Notes: a model not told the origin generated them from the sequence alone. A DNA stretch of 64,000 bases from Dehalococcoidia bacterium (GCA_965232815.1 OZ247427.1:2201602-2265601); one strand, 5' to 3'. Shown: positions 18,518-28,259, numbered from the stretch's first letter. Program-made: numbers and translations.

Positions 18518-19513
18518 TCAATTGGATGGCAGGCCGTAGCCCAGGCCCATTTTGCTGCGCAGCAGGGCCGAGGCCAACAATCGGGCTTTTTTGGTCTTGG
18601 ACAGGGACGGTCGAGCAGTCAACACATCGTAGGATTGGTTGTGAATCGCGTCCAATACGGCCACGCCGCCGCGGGTGAACAATGCGACTGGCAAGCGCGC
18701 GGCTGGCTCCAACGAATGCACCAGCGGGGCCCCATCCCGGAAGAGTTGCCTGGCATATTCGCACTCATGAGACAGCAACGCCCGGAATTCGTTGCTGGCG
18801 TGTCCGGATGCGATGTCTGACTCGGTGGCGCCGAACCGCGCCATGTCCTGCTGGGGCAAATATATGCGGCCGCGTTCGTGGTAGTCCCGAGAGACGTCCT
18901 GCCAGAAATTGGTCAACTGCAGGGCGGTGCAAGTATTGTCGGCGAGACTCTGCCGTTCCGGATCAGAGTAGCCGAACAAGTACAGGTACAAGTGGCCCAC
19001 CGGATTAGCAGAATAGGTGCAATAGTCCAGGACGTCGTTCAGGGTCGCAAATCTCCCCGCTCCCTGGTCGAGTCGGTTGGCGTGAATGAGACGTCGGAAA
19101 GGTTCTTTCGGTATTTCGAATCGGGCAACCGTATGCTGGATTGCCACGTTTACCGGATGTGTTGGCTGGCCGGAGTAGACGAGGTCCAACTCGGACTCCC
19201 ACCAATCCAAGCGGTCCAATCGATGCTGGGACACAGTGGAATCAATTCGGCCATTGGATACTGGTTGCGTTGGCTCTTGTTCAGGATTGACTTCGTCGCC
19301 GAGGTCGTCGACCATCCGACACCAAGCGTAGATGGCGTGCACGTGAGGCAACTTGTCGCGGGGCGTGATCCATCCACCCACGTTGAAGTTTTCGTAGTGG
19401 CTCCGCGCCGACTGGGCGCAGAACCGGTAGGCGTCGTCCAACCCAATCGTTGGAGCGGTCCGGATCATCGTGGACAGCGGATCTGGGCCCCCGGTGTCGG
19501 TGGTGGTGGGCAT
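18518..19513 (-). CDS. hpnC: hydroxysqualene synthase (squalene/phytoene synthase family)
   Basis: WCRMVDDLGDE and FWQDVSRDYHERGRIYLPQQD. It is the first of the tandem pair. Confidence 0.85.
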   Translation of the reverse strand: MPTTTDTGGPDPLSTMIRTAPTIGLDDAYRFCAQSARSHYENFNVGGWITPRDKLPHVHAIYAWCRMVDDLGDEVNPEQEPTQPVSNGRIDSTVSQHRLDRLDWWESELDLVYSGQPTHPVNVAIQHTVARFEIPKEPFRRLIHANRLDQGAGRFATLNDVLDYCTYSANPVGHLYLYLFGYSDPERQSLADNTCTALQLTNFWQDVSRDYHERGRIYLPQQDMARFGATESDIASGHASNEFRALLSHECEYARQLFRDGAPLVHSLEPAARLPVALFTRGGVAVLDAIHNQSYDVLTARPSLSKTKKARLLASALLRSKMGLGYGLPSN

Positions 19514-19537
19514 GGTGGACCGGGTAGGGTGGGAGGC

Positions 19538-19981
19538 CTATTCACCCATGATTTGAACCATCACCTCCCGCGGTCGCGGGTGGTCGAGTTCAATGAAGAA
19601 GATGCTTTGCCATTGCCCAAAGGGGATCGTGCCATCAACCAAAGGAATGGTTTCGCTACAACCCAACATCAAGTGCTGCAGATGGGCATGACCGTTTGGG
19701 GACTCATCCTCAGTCATGTTCACGGTCCGAATTGAAAAATCGTTATGCCGATAGTAAGCGTCTCGGGGCGCTATGCGCTCAAGGAACTCAGCCATATCCT
19801 CGATCAGCAGCGGTTCGTTTTCATTTATTTTGACCGCGGCCGTGGTGTGCTTGGAGTACACCAGGACGAGCCCATTCCTGATATGAGAGTCAGCAACGCA
19901 ACCTTTGACCCAATCGGTGATATCGATCAGTTGGGGCGCATCTTTGGTATCGACTTTCAGGGAAAAGTTTTTGACTTTCAT
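19538..19981 (-). CDS. yjbQ: YjbQ/UPF0047 family protein (secondary thiamine-phosphate synthase-like)
   Basis: LIDITDWV...VLVYSKHTTAAVKINENE...NGHAHLQHLMLG, typical of YjbQ. Confidence 0.8.
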   Translation of the reverse strand: MKVKNFSLKVDTKDAPQLIDITDWVKGCVADSHIRNGLVLVYSKHTTAAVKINENEPLLIEDMAEFLERIAPRDAYYRHNDFSIRTVNMTEDESPNGHAHLQHLMLGCSETIPLVDGTIPFGQWQSIFFIELDHPRPREVMVQIMGE

Positions 19982-20023
19982 GGTCGACTCATTTGGAATC
20001 CGGGTCGGTGCTATGTGATGTGG

Positions 20024-22120
20024 TCAGTTGGCAGGAGATTTGGATTTTCGGGCTGGAGAATGCCCGTTTTGTCGAGATGGATGTTGTGGCGATTGGGAGT
20101 ATAAGCGATTCCGATAACGACCGAGGGCAAGCAACGGCCAAGTGTTCCGGTACAGATGGTAATTTATCATAAATCCGGCGGACAATTCCTTTCCCTGGAA
20201 ACCGCGTTCGCCCGGACCCGGGATACGCTGGACACGTTCTCCTCTCATGTATCCGGGGAATCCGGTGCCGGTGAAATAAGGCTCATCCCACTGGCCGTCG
20301 GGTCGCTGCGTTTGCAATAGATATTGAACTCCGCGGGAGGTTGCAGGATGGTCGACCTCGCCGGCCGCTATCATCGCCATGATAGCCCATGCGGTCTGGG
20401 ATGCGGTGCTGGGACCGACGCCATGTTGTTCGGGATCAACGTAAGATGCGCACGACTCACCCCAACCGCCGTCTGGATTCTGGTGCTCGACCATCCACTG
20501 TACGGCGCGCCGAACGTACGGTTGACGCATGTTCTCGCCGATCGATTCAAGGGCCGGCAAGACGGCTCCGAGGCCGTAGACATAGTTCACCCCCCAACGA
20601 CCGAACCAACTACCGTCATCCTCCTGCTCTGACCGCAGATAGCGATATGCGGCCTGGATTGAGGCCGAATCCATCCCGCATCCGAGTTTGCCGTACATCT
20701 CAAGCACGTGTGCAGTAACGTCGGCGCTGGAAGGATCCAGAACTTCGCCGAAATCGCTGAACGTCAGAGCGGTCACGTAGCCGTGGTTATTGTTTTTGTC
20801 GAAGGATGCCCAACCGCCGTCCCGGTTCTGCATGCCGGCAACCCATCCGGTGGCGCGTTCGAGGGACTGGCGCCGGAGGTGATCCTCTTCGTCGGGCAGA
20901 CGTCCCAGTCGCAACGCAAGCACCACCTCAGCGGTGTCGTCGATGTCAGGGTAATAGTTGTTGTGGAACTCGAAGGCCCAACCGCCCGGCTGCACCTGGG
21001 GCGCCTGCACCTGCCAATCACCACCCACCAGGATTTGCTTTCCCACCAGCCAACGGGTTGCTTCCACTAGCATAGGGTCGTTTGACGGCAAACCGCTTTC
21101 CGCGAGCGCCTGAACAATGAGGCAGGTGTCCCACACCGGGGATATGCAACCCTGGACGGTCCACTTATCGCCTTTCTGGATACCGAATCCTTCCAAGCCT
21201 TCGAACCCCCTGGCCATGGCGGGATGTTCGTTGTCGAATCCACACACGCTCAGGGCGATCAAGCTGTATACCCATGGCGGTTGGATCCCGCCCCAACTGC
21301 CGTCGGCTTCCTGATGCTCCAGGATCCATCGAATGGCCTTCTTCTCGGCGGCTTTGCGGAATGGATTGAACCGTAGGCGATGGTAGAGGGAGCCGATGGT
21401 CTGTTCGACAAGATGGACCAGGCGCGGCAGGTTGAACCCCGGGGGTTTAGGCAGCGAGTAGTCTGTCCCGTCCTTACCATCGGGCAGCAACTCGTAGATA
21501 GTGTGCTCTGGAGGAATCTCCCTGATTGGATGGCGTGAAAGGACGATCGACAACGGGACGATACAACCGCGAGCCCAGCTGGCGAAACGGTAAATGCTGA
21601 ACGGCGCCCAGTGGGGCAGGAGGATCATCTCGGTGGGCAGGCGAGGAGTGCCTTCCCATTTCCACTGACCAAACAGCGCCAACCAAATCCTGGTGAACAT
21701 ACGGGCCCGGGGAATGCCTCCGCGCTCCAGGATGAACTCGCGGGCGCGGGTCATCGGGTCCGATTCGGGGTCGACGCCGCAGAGTTTCAGCGCGAAGTAG
21801 CATTCCACGGACGTGGACAGGTCGCCGGGAGCGCCGTAGTAAATTGCCCAGGAACCATCATCGTGCTGCTTGCTGAGCAAGTAATTGACGATGTGCTTTT
21901 CCCTTTCCGGAATATGGCGTCCCAGGAAGCGGCAGAGCATGACGTACTCCGCCTCCATGGTGTTGTTGGATTCCAGTTCGCCCCACCAGTAGCCTGACTC
22001 GTCCTGTATGTCCCGAAAATAGGCATGGAGCCTTGAGATCGCGGCGTCCACATCTCCGACGGGAGGCGCAGTCGCTCCTGATCCGTTCAGGGATTTGGTT
22101 TGTATTTGATGCAGCATCAT
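20024..22120 (-). CDS. shc: squalene-hopene cyclase
   Basis: Multiple QW repeats (QHDDGSW, QEADGSWGG, QNRDGGW, QEDDGSW, QNPDGGWGE, QRPDGQW) and the catalytic DIDDTAEV motif. The start is set at the Met at 22120 (MMLHQ), which avoids overlap with hpnA. Confidence 0.95.
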   Translation of the reverse strand: MMLHQIQTKSLNGSGATAPPVGDVDAAISRLHAYFRDIQDESGYWWGELESNNTMEAEYVMLCRFLGRHIPEREKHIVNYLLSKQHDDGSWAIYYGAPGDLSTSVECYFALKLCGVDPESDPMTRAREFILERGGIPRARMFTRIWLALFGQWKWEGTPRLPTEMILLPHWAPFSIYRFASWARGCIVPLSIVLSRHPIREIPPEHTIYELLPDGKDGTDYSLPKPPGFNLPRLVHLVEQTIGSLYHRLRFNPFRKAAEKKAIRWILEHQEADGSWGGIQPPWVYSLIALSVCGFDNEHPAMARGFEGLEGFGIQKGDKWTVQGCISPVWDTCLIVQALAESGLPSNDPMLVEATRWLVGKQILVGGDWQVQAPQVQPGGWAFEFHNNYYPDIDDTAEVVLALRLGRLPDEEDHLRRQSLERATGWVAGMQNRDGGWASFDKNNNHGYVTALTFSDFGEVLDPSSADVTAHVLEMYGKLGCGMDSASIQAAYRYLRSEQEDDGSWFGRWGVNYVYGLGAVLPALESIGENMRQPYVRRAVQWMVEHQNPDGGWGESCASYVDPEQHGVGPSTASQTAWAIMAMIAAGEVDHPATSRGVQYLLQTQRPDGQWDEPYFTGTGFPGYMRGERVQRIPGPGERGFQGKELSAGFMINYHLYRNTWPLLALGRYRNRLYSQSPQHPSRQNGHSPARKSKSPAN

Positions 22121-22145
22121 CGTACGGTTGGTGCAGCCGGCAGTT

Positions 22146-23165
22146 TCAGGAAGGCCGGTTGGGGAGATAACCATAGTCTGAGAACCAGCGTATGGATTTT
22201 TCCAGGGCGGTTTCAACGGGTGTTTGAGGGAGGCCCAGTTCATCGATTGCTTTGGTTGAACTGACGTACATGGGATGGCGAGTTATCTTGATGCCCTCGA
22301 CGGGAATGGAGGGTTCGCGGCGCATCAGATCGCTCTCTAACCATTGGTCACAGTAGGCGACGGCCATGACCAGCCAGTGTGGAAAGCGGATACGGGGCGG
22401 ACGCCGGCCGGTAATCTCGGACAGAATGTTGAACACCTGCAGGAGAGTCAGGTTGCGGTTGCCTAGAATATATCGCTCTCCAGGCTTGCCATGTTCCATC
22501 GCCAGGATGTGGCCCTGGGCGACGTCGGCAACGTCGATCAAATTCATACCTGTGGAGAGGTAGCCGGGGATACGCCCCCGGGCGAAATCGAGTGGGATGC
22601 GCCCGGTGGGGGTCGGTTTGACGTCCCACGTGCCGACCGGTGCGCATGGGTTCACCACCACGACGTGAAAATCCGCGTCACTCTCGGAGAGAGCGAGTTG
22701 TTCCGCCTGGTATTTGGACTGCTTGTAGCTGCCGACGAGGTGGGACGGTTGAGGAGGCATTTCCTCGCTACCCAAGGGCCCGTCGGGGTTTGGGCTGCTG
22801 GAATACGGCAGGCCGATGGTGGAGACCGAACTGGTGAACACCACTTTACGCACGCCGGCGGACCGAGCGGCTTTCAGGAGGTTCTGGGTGCCGCGCACGT
22901 TGGTCTGATAGATGTCATCCCGCTGGCGCGACCAGAACGAGTAGTTGGCGGCGCAGTGGTATACCGTGTCGCAGCCGTCGACAGCTTCGCGGAGAGATTC
23001 AGGAGCGAGCAAATCGCCGATCATCCGCGTGGTCTTGATATCCCGGATGGCCAAATCGTTGGAGGTTTGCCTGACCAGCACCCGGACCTCCTCGTCGCGT
23101 TCAACGAGGGCGCGAGCCAGGTTGCCGCCGACGAATCCGGTAGCGCCGGTCACGAGAGTAGTCAC
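22146..23165 (-). CDS. hpnA: hopanoid-associated NAD-dependent sugar epimerase
   Basis: MTTLVTGATGFVGGNLARAL Rossmann motif, YKQSKYQAE catalytic YxxxK, and genomic context. Confidence 0.75.
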   Translation of the reverse strand: MTTLVTGATGFVGGNLARALVERDEEVRVLVRQTSNDLAIRDIKTTRMIGDLLAPESLREAVDGCDTVYHCAANYSFWSRQRDDIYQTNVRGTQNLLKAARSAGVRKVVFTSSVSTIGLPYSSSPNPDGPLGSEEMPPQPSHLVGSYKQSKYQAEQLALSESDADFHVVVVNPCAPVGTWDVKPTPTGRIPLDFARGRIPGYLSTGMNLIDVADVAQGHILAMEHGKPGERYILGNRNLTLLQVFNILSEITGRRPPRIRFPHWLVMAVAYCDQWLESDLMRREPSIPVEGIKITRHPMYVSSTKAIDELGLPQTPVETALEKSIRWFSDYGYLPNRPS

Positions 23166-23869
23166 TTCGACACCGCCGATAGCGCGGGGAGTTCCAACGA
23201 CAGGGCTTCAATGGCGGCGATCACGCATCGGGAGAGGCTGCTGCTTGCCGTGCGCACCAGTCGTGCCAAGCGTATCAGACCGGTCAGTCGACCCGGATGG
23301 ATCAGCAGGCTCCCCAATATGCGAGCGGGGCCGATTGGATTGGCCGACAAGTAGCGGGGGATCTCGGCGTTGGCGGTGTCCAACACGGCGCGGACCGACG
23401 CGAACGGTACGCCAACGGAACGGGCGGCGCGGGCAACCCAGTAATCTTCCATGTTGACCGATGCAGACCCCGTGGTTTCATGAATGCGCGTTTTGGCGTC
23501 GCGGCCGGCGACGGCGTTGACAGTGGTCGCGGGAACCTCGACCACACGGCTTCCCCCGCTCCTGCCGGCGCATGACAATCGAGCAATTAGCATGGGGTCT
23601 GCGTCGATAGCATCCGACGAATCGGGGTTCAAAAATGACCGTGCGATGTGCAGGTCTCCCGGCGCGAGGGTGGGATCAGCGCCTCCGCAGAATCCAACCA
23701 GGACGATGGCATCGGGTGGGCGATCGAGTATCCCGGCGATGTAACGTTCCGAGGGATCTTTTCCGATCCCGATTACGTCGAACGAAACATCCCGAGCGGG
23801 GGCGTCGGGTACTGACCGCTGGATGGCGGCTAGTTCGATGGCCATGGGGGCAACTATCGCTAACATCAC
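23162..23869 (-). CDS. hpnG: hopanoid-associated nucleoside phosphorylase/nucleosidase
   Basis: PNP/UDP-1-like layout (GFCGGADP, SVNMEDYWVARAA). 4-nt ATGA-type overlap with hpnA. The call relies on context. Confidence 0.6.
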   Translation of the reverse strand: MMLAIVAPMAIELAAIQRSVPDAPARDVSFDVIGIGKDPSERYIAGILDRPPDAIVLVGFCGGADPTLAPGDLHIARSFLNPDSSDAIDADPMLIARLSCAGRSGGSRVVEVPATTVNAVAGRDAKTRIHETTGSASVNMEDYWVARAARSVGVPFASVRAVLDTANAEIPRYLSANPIGPARILGSLLIHPGRLTGLIRLARLVRTASSSLSRCVIAAIEALSLELPALSAVSK

Positions 23870-23980
23870 GCTGAATCGATGGACGATACCTCGTAGACGA
23901 GCTCGGTGGCGAGAGTGTGGCTGACGAACTGGGTGGGCAGGCGATTACGTGCTTGGTCGTCCCGGTTGGGACCGGGCAAA

Positions 23981-25072
23981 CTAGCCCACGCTGATACCTC
24001 CCTTGTGAGCCGCTCCAGACTTAACTAATGTCACCCATTCCCGGGGTTTTCCGATCGCGTTAAAGATGGTTGCGGATTCGAACCCGCAGTGCATCATGCA
24101 GTTGCTGCATCGAGGGTCGCGACCGACGCCGTACTGTTCTTCCCAGAGGCGCGGTTGGTAGAGGTCGTCAAGTTCCTCGGTGTGTTCATCCGCCAATGGA
24201 TAGCAGGGTTTGCGCCAACCCATAACCGTGTAGGTTGGATTGGACCAAGCGGTGCACTGGTATTCCCGGTCGCCGCGGAGGAAATTGAGGTAGAGGGGAT
24301 TGTTGTAGAAACGCATTCCCTCCATGCGTGTGGGGTCGAGCAGGTTCCGGAACACGTTGCGGGATTCCTGGCGGGTGAGGAAAAGGTCCTGATCCGGCGC
24401 ATCCTCGAAGTCATAGCCAGGGGAGATCATGGAGCCTTCGACGCCGAGATCGCTGACGTAGCGGAACATTTCGCGCAGGTCTTCCACGTCGCTGTTGCGG
24501 AATACCGTGGTGTTGGTGCAAACGCGGTAACCGCGGTCGATGGCCATCCGGATGCCCTCGATGGCCCGCTTGAACACGCCCTGCCGAGCCACGGACTCGT
24601 CGTGCTTATCTTCCATGCCGTCCATGTGGATGACCCAGCAGAAATACTTGGAGGGCGGGATTTTGTCCAACATGCGGGGCAGCAAAAGGGCGTTGGTACA
24701 GCAGTAGACGAAGTACTTTTCGGAGATGAGGGTATTGATGATCTCGTCAATGTGGGGGTGGATCGTGGGTTCTCCCCCGGCGATGGACACGATGGGAGCG
24801 CCTGAACGGTGCACCGCGTCCAACGCTTCGGACACCGGCATCATCTTGTCCAGCACACCGCGGTATTCGCGGATGCGGCCGCAACCCACGCAGGCGAGGT
24901 TGCACATTTCCAATGGCTCCAGCATCGTCACCAGGGGGAATCGCCGTCGCCCACGCAAGCGGTTTTTGAGGATGTACCATCCCATGCGCACGCCCAGTTC
25001 CATGGGGCGTTTGGCAGGAGCGTGGTTGGGGGCCTGGATTTCGCTGGGTGGATCAGTATTGGTTTGAACCAT
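23981..25072 (-). CDS. hpnH: adenosyl-hopene transferase (radical SAM)
   Basis: The CNLACVGCG radical-SAM cluster motif and a C-terminal Cys-rich region. The start is set at the Met at 25072 (MVQTNT, GGAGAC upstream) instead of 25186. Confidence 0.85.
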   Translation of the reverse strand: MVQTNTDPPSEIQAPNHAPAKRPMELGVRMGWYILKNRLRGRRRFPLVTMLEPLEMCNLACVGCGRIREYRGVLDKMMPVSEALDAVHRSGAPIVSIAGGEPTIHPHIDEIINTLISEKYFVYCCTNALLLPRMLDKIPPSKYFCWVIHMDGMEDKHDESVARQGVFKRAIEGIRMAIDRGYRVCTNTTVFRNSDVEDLREMFRYVSDLGVEGSMISPGYDFEDAPDQDLFLTRQESRNVFRNLLDPTRMEGMRFYNNPLYLNFLRGDREYQCTAWSNPTYTVMGWRKPCYPLADEHTEELDDLYQPRLWEEQYGVGRDPRCSNCMMHCGFESATIFNAIGKPREWVTLVKSGAAHKGGISVG

Positions 25073-25142
25073 GAATATTGTCTCCGGTGGCTTGGGCGCG
25101 TTCTGATGGGTCAGAGCATATTTGGGTCGTAGCGACGTCAGG

Positions 25143-26252
25143 TCAGAACAACCGGTTGGCCATGAAGTCGATGAGATTCTCAGCATCTGTTTGCGCCCAC
25201 TGGGGCATTTCCAGAACGGCCAGAGCCGTCCTGGCTTCTTCAGCAGTCGATTCGGTGAGGGCGTCGGTCTGGACGGCGGCGCCGATGTCTTCCAAAATAT
25301 CCAAAACGCGATCTACGTCGGGTTCGTCGAGAGTTTCCTGTGCGTAGAGCCTCGTCAACTCGGTGCGGTTGGAACCGCTGGACTCCTGGAACGCGTACAC
25401 GATGGGATAGCTTTTCTTGCGCTGGACGATGTCGCTGTCGGTGGATTTGCCGGTGATGGCATCATCGCCCCAGATGCCCAAATAGTCGTCGCGGATCTGG
25501 AAGAGACGACCGATGGCGCGTCCGAATCTCGCGACACCGTCGATGGTTCCAGAGTCCTCGGTAGCCAGAGCGGCACCGATGACGAGGCTGCTACGAATCA
25601 GGGCGCCGGTTTTCAGGGCGATCATGTCGAGATATTCGTCGGTTCTGATAGTTTCGCGCTGCTCGAACTGCAAATCCCGGCATTGGCCTTCGATCATCTC
25701 CAGATAACTCTCGGTGATCAGACCGGACACCCGGATTGCGGTCGTGGGGGAAACTGAGTCGGTGGCGAGGATGGACGTGTGGTCGCCGAGCGATTGCATG
25801 GAGTCTCCGGCCACCAGGGCGGGAGAGGTTCCCCAAACGGCCCAAACCGTTGGTTGGTGTCGCCGTTCGTAGCCACGATCCTGAATGTCGTCATGGATCA
25901 GGGAGAAGTTGTGGATCAGCTCGAGGGCGGCAGCGGCGGGAGCGGCATCGGTCAACTGGCCGTCGAATGCCTCGCAGGCGAACATGCAGAGGGTGGGCCG
26001 GAGGGCTTTCCCCTGGGAGGCGGGAGTGGGTGAGGGGACGCCGTGCTGGTCGGACCAGCCCAGGTGGTAACGCAACAAGGCGTTGATAGGGTGTAGGTCG
26101 AGCGGAGGGACGGCATTCGCCATGGCGTCCTCCAGATACAGCCGGTACCGATCAAACATAGACGGGAGACTCGGTCCGGAGCTGGCCGGTGCACCGTTGG
26201 CGGCATTACCCGCGAGTTGGACATCCGCAGAGGCGGTTGGTGTTGTGCCCAT
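25143..26252 (-). CDS. polyprenyl diphosphate synthase (FPP/GGPP synthase type)
   Basis: First and second Asp-rich motifs LIHDDIQD and FQIRDDYLG. Confidence 0.85.
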   Translation of the reverse strand: MGTTPTASADVQLAGNAANGAPASSGPSLPSMFDRYRLYLEDAMANAVPPLDLHPINALLRYHLGWSDQHGVPSPTPASQGKALRPTLCMFACEAFDGQLTDAAPAAAALELIHNFSLIHDDIQDRGYERRHQPTVWAVWGTSPALVAGDSMQSLGDHTSILATDSVSPTTAIRVSGLITESYLEMIEGQCRDLQFEQRETIRTDEYLDMIALKTGALIRSSLVIGAALATEDSGTIDGVARFGRAIGRLFQIRDDYLGIWGDDAITGKSTDSDIVQRKKSYPIVYAFQESSGSNRTELTRLYAQETLDEPDVDRVLDILEDIGAAVQTDALTESTAEEARTALAVLEMPQWAQTDAENLIDFMANRLF

Positions 26253-26394
26253 GTTTGGTAGCCTGCCGAGCGATGGGAATGAGAGGGTTAGCGCGGCGCG
26301 CCATTCATAGAACCGGGGCGATTCGTTCCAACGGCGAAAATCTAACGGACTGTCGCCACCCTGTCAAGCGGACGTGGGACAGATGTACCGGAGG

Positions 26395-26410
26395 AATCAA
26401 AATTTTGATT
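26395..26410. promoter_or_regulatory. perfect AT-rich 16-bp palindrome AATCAAAATTTTGATT upstream of the hopanoid operon
   Basis: The palindrome was read directly from the sequence. It lies about 145 nt upstream of the polyprenyl synthase start, in an otherwise GC-rich intergenic region. Confidence 0.3.
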
Positions 26411-26613
26411 TACAAAAACACGTGCTTTAAGTAGGGGTCCAAGGCGCGCGCGGCGGAACGGAGGGCAACCAGCCGAACGATTTGGGTCCTCCGAATCGCC
26501 GGAAACGGATTTTATGGAACCTGCTGCTGACTTGGTTAGTGTCTGCTGGCGGCGTGGGTTGGGTCGGACAGGAGCGCAGTTTCCGGGCACGGTGGCCGGC
26601 GCACAACGCCGAA

Positions 26614-27717
26614 TTACTCTGCGGCGACCAGAGCCTCACATACACGGGCGCCATCGAAGATTTCGCTGAGGTTGGCGGTTTCCCTGGTGGTGTGGAAATC
26701 GCGGACGCCGATTCCGACGGGGAGTGCGGCAATGCCGTGTTCGAAAAATACGTTGGCGTCGGAGCCGCCTCCGGTGGTTTCGGTGGAGGGAGTCAGGCCA
26801 GAGGCATCGACGCAGCGGGAAATGAGCGTCAATGAGGGATGGTCCTGGGGGACACTGTAGGCGCGATACTGACTCCAGATGTTGAGATCGATGCTCGCCA
26901 ACGGGTACATGGATGCCACCTGGTCGAAGGCGCGTTCGAACTCGGCGGTGTAATTGTCAAGCTTGGCCTGGTTGCGGGAGCGGAGTTCGCCGTCCAGATA
27001 TGCGTGCTCGGGGATGATGTTGCGCTTGAGGCCGCCCTGGAGCAAGCCGATGTTGCTGGTGGTTTCCTCGTCGATGCGCCCCAGGGGCAAACGGGTGAGG
27101 ATGTTGGCGGCGACTAGCAGAGCCGACACACCGTTTTCCGGCTCCAGGCCGGCGTGGGCGGCGACACCGGTGATGTTGGCCTGCACGATGTTCTGGGCGG
27201 GGGCGCCGACGCAGATGCGGCTGACGGGTCCCTCGCCGTCGAATACGATGCCGGTTTCGGCGTGCACCAGGGAGAAGTCCAGGTTGCGAGCGCCATTGAG
27301 TCCGCCTTCCTCGGCGCGGGAGAATACAACCTGCACGGGACGGCGAGGAGTGCCAGCTTCAACCGCCGAGGTCAAACCTTCCATGACGATGGCGAGGCCT
27401 GCCTTGCAGTCGCCTCCCAGGATGGTAGTGCCGTCCGAGCGGAGGGTTTCGCCGTCGGGGTCCAGGATGGGTTTGATTCCGCGGCCGGGCTCGACGGTGT
27501 CCATGTGAGCGGACAGCATCACCGGGGGCTGGCTGGCGGAGCCATCACTTCCGGCGAGGGTGGCGACCAGGTTGCCATAATCGTCGTGCCGCACGACTGC
27601 GCCCAGGTTCGCCAGCAGGTTGGACAGGTGGGCGTCGATGGCGTCCTCCTCTCCGGTCGGGCTATCAATCCGGATGAGTTCCATGAGGGTCTGGGTCAGG
27701 CGCTGTCGGTCGGGCAT
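26614..27717 (-). CDS. M20/M42 family metallopeptidase (peptidase T-like)
   Basis: LMELIRIDSPTGEE, MLSAHMDTVEPG and FSRAEEGGLNGA motifs. Confidence 0.8.
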   Translation of the reverse strand: MPDRQRLTQTLMELIRIDSPTGEEDAIDAHLSNLLANLGAVVRHDDYGNLVATLAGSDGSASQPPVMLSAHMDTVEPGRGIKPILDPDGETLRSDGTTILGGDCKAGLAIVMEGLTSAVEAGTPRRPVQVVFSRAEEGGLNGARNLDFSLVHAETGIVFDGEGPVSRICVGAPAQNIVQANITGVAAHAGLEPENGVSALLVAANILTRLPLGRIDEETTSNIGLLQGGLKRNIIPEHAYLDGELRSRNQAKLDNYTAEFERAFDQVASMYPLASIDLNIWSQYRAYSVPQDHPSLTLISRCVDASGLTPSTETTGGGSDANVFFEHGIAALPVGIGVRDFHTTRETANLSEIFDGARVCEALVAAE

Positions 27718-27837
27718 GGGTCGCCTCCTGGCGGGATCGGTGTGACGATGGCATTATGCGCGATGGGCGGAAAATGCGCCAGTGAGCCGGCCGAGCGGCA
27801 ACTGTTCACACTTACCGAGCGATCTCCGCGTCCAACT

Positions 27838-27868
27838 CGTCATTCCGGACTTGATCCGGAATCCAGAA
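27838..27868 (+). repeat. hairpin repeat CGTCATTCCGGACTTGATCCGGAATCCAGAA (family 2)
   Basis: Stem ATTCCGGA/TCCGGAAT. An exact 31-nt reverse-complement copy lies at 55727-55757. Confidence 0.9.
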
Positions 27869-27880
27869 AATCCTGGCCCA

Positions 27881-27972
27881 CTCACGGTTGCCTGTCGTCA
27901 GGTCTCACGGTTGCCTGTCGTCAGGTCTCACGGTTGCCTGTCGTCAGGTCTCACGGTTGCCTGTCGCCAGGT
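27881..27972. repeat. tandem repeat, 23 bp x 4 (CTCACGGTTGCCTGTCGTCAGGT)
   Basis: Copies at 27881, 27904, 27927 and 27950. The last copy has one T>C change. There are no spacers. Confidence 0.95.
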
Positions 27973-27979
27973 CTTTCAG

Positions 27980-28259
27980 ATACCGACTTTCGCCGGTATG
28001 ACGGTTTGGGTTCTTGACGGTTTCCTCAAGTCTGAACAGTCACGCGCGACCGGCCGGCAAATGTCCTGCGCTCCACCGGCGTTCGACAGACACCGTTGCT
28101 CGACAGACAGCTTGCTCGCCGAACCGCGTCCCAGTCGCCGAACCACATCCTGACTTAATGAAATGGCCTCGGTGCGGGTAGGGGAGGACGATCTGCGGTA
28201 ACAGTTTAGAGTTGGCGGCAGCCGCGTCATGTAGGCGTCATTCCCGCGGAAGCGGGAAT
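27980..28259. repeat. further family-2 hairpins (ATACCGACTTTCGCCGGTAT at 27980-27999; ATTCCCGCGGAAGCGGGAAT at 28240-28259)
   Basis: Short perfect stems with GTCAT / CCAGAA-type flanks in both orientations. Together with 27838 they form a REP/BIME-like cluster. Confidence 0.7.

Noticed and set aside
22121-22243. N-terminal extensions of track ORFs (shc 22243, hpnH 25186, htpX 44525, tgt 50097, aroB 52779, aroK 53267, DUF58 60739, DUF4129 protein 59402, aldolase 16278)
   Set aside because: The extensions overlap the upstream gene or are Pro/Arg-rich junk. Internal Met/Val starts with an RBS or ATGA coupling give proteins of canonical length and N-termini.
27881-27972. Possible CRISPR array
   Set aside because: The four 23-bp units are directly adjacent with no spacers, and no cas genes are in the window. 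It is a plain tandem repeat.
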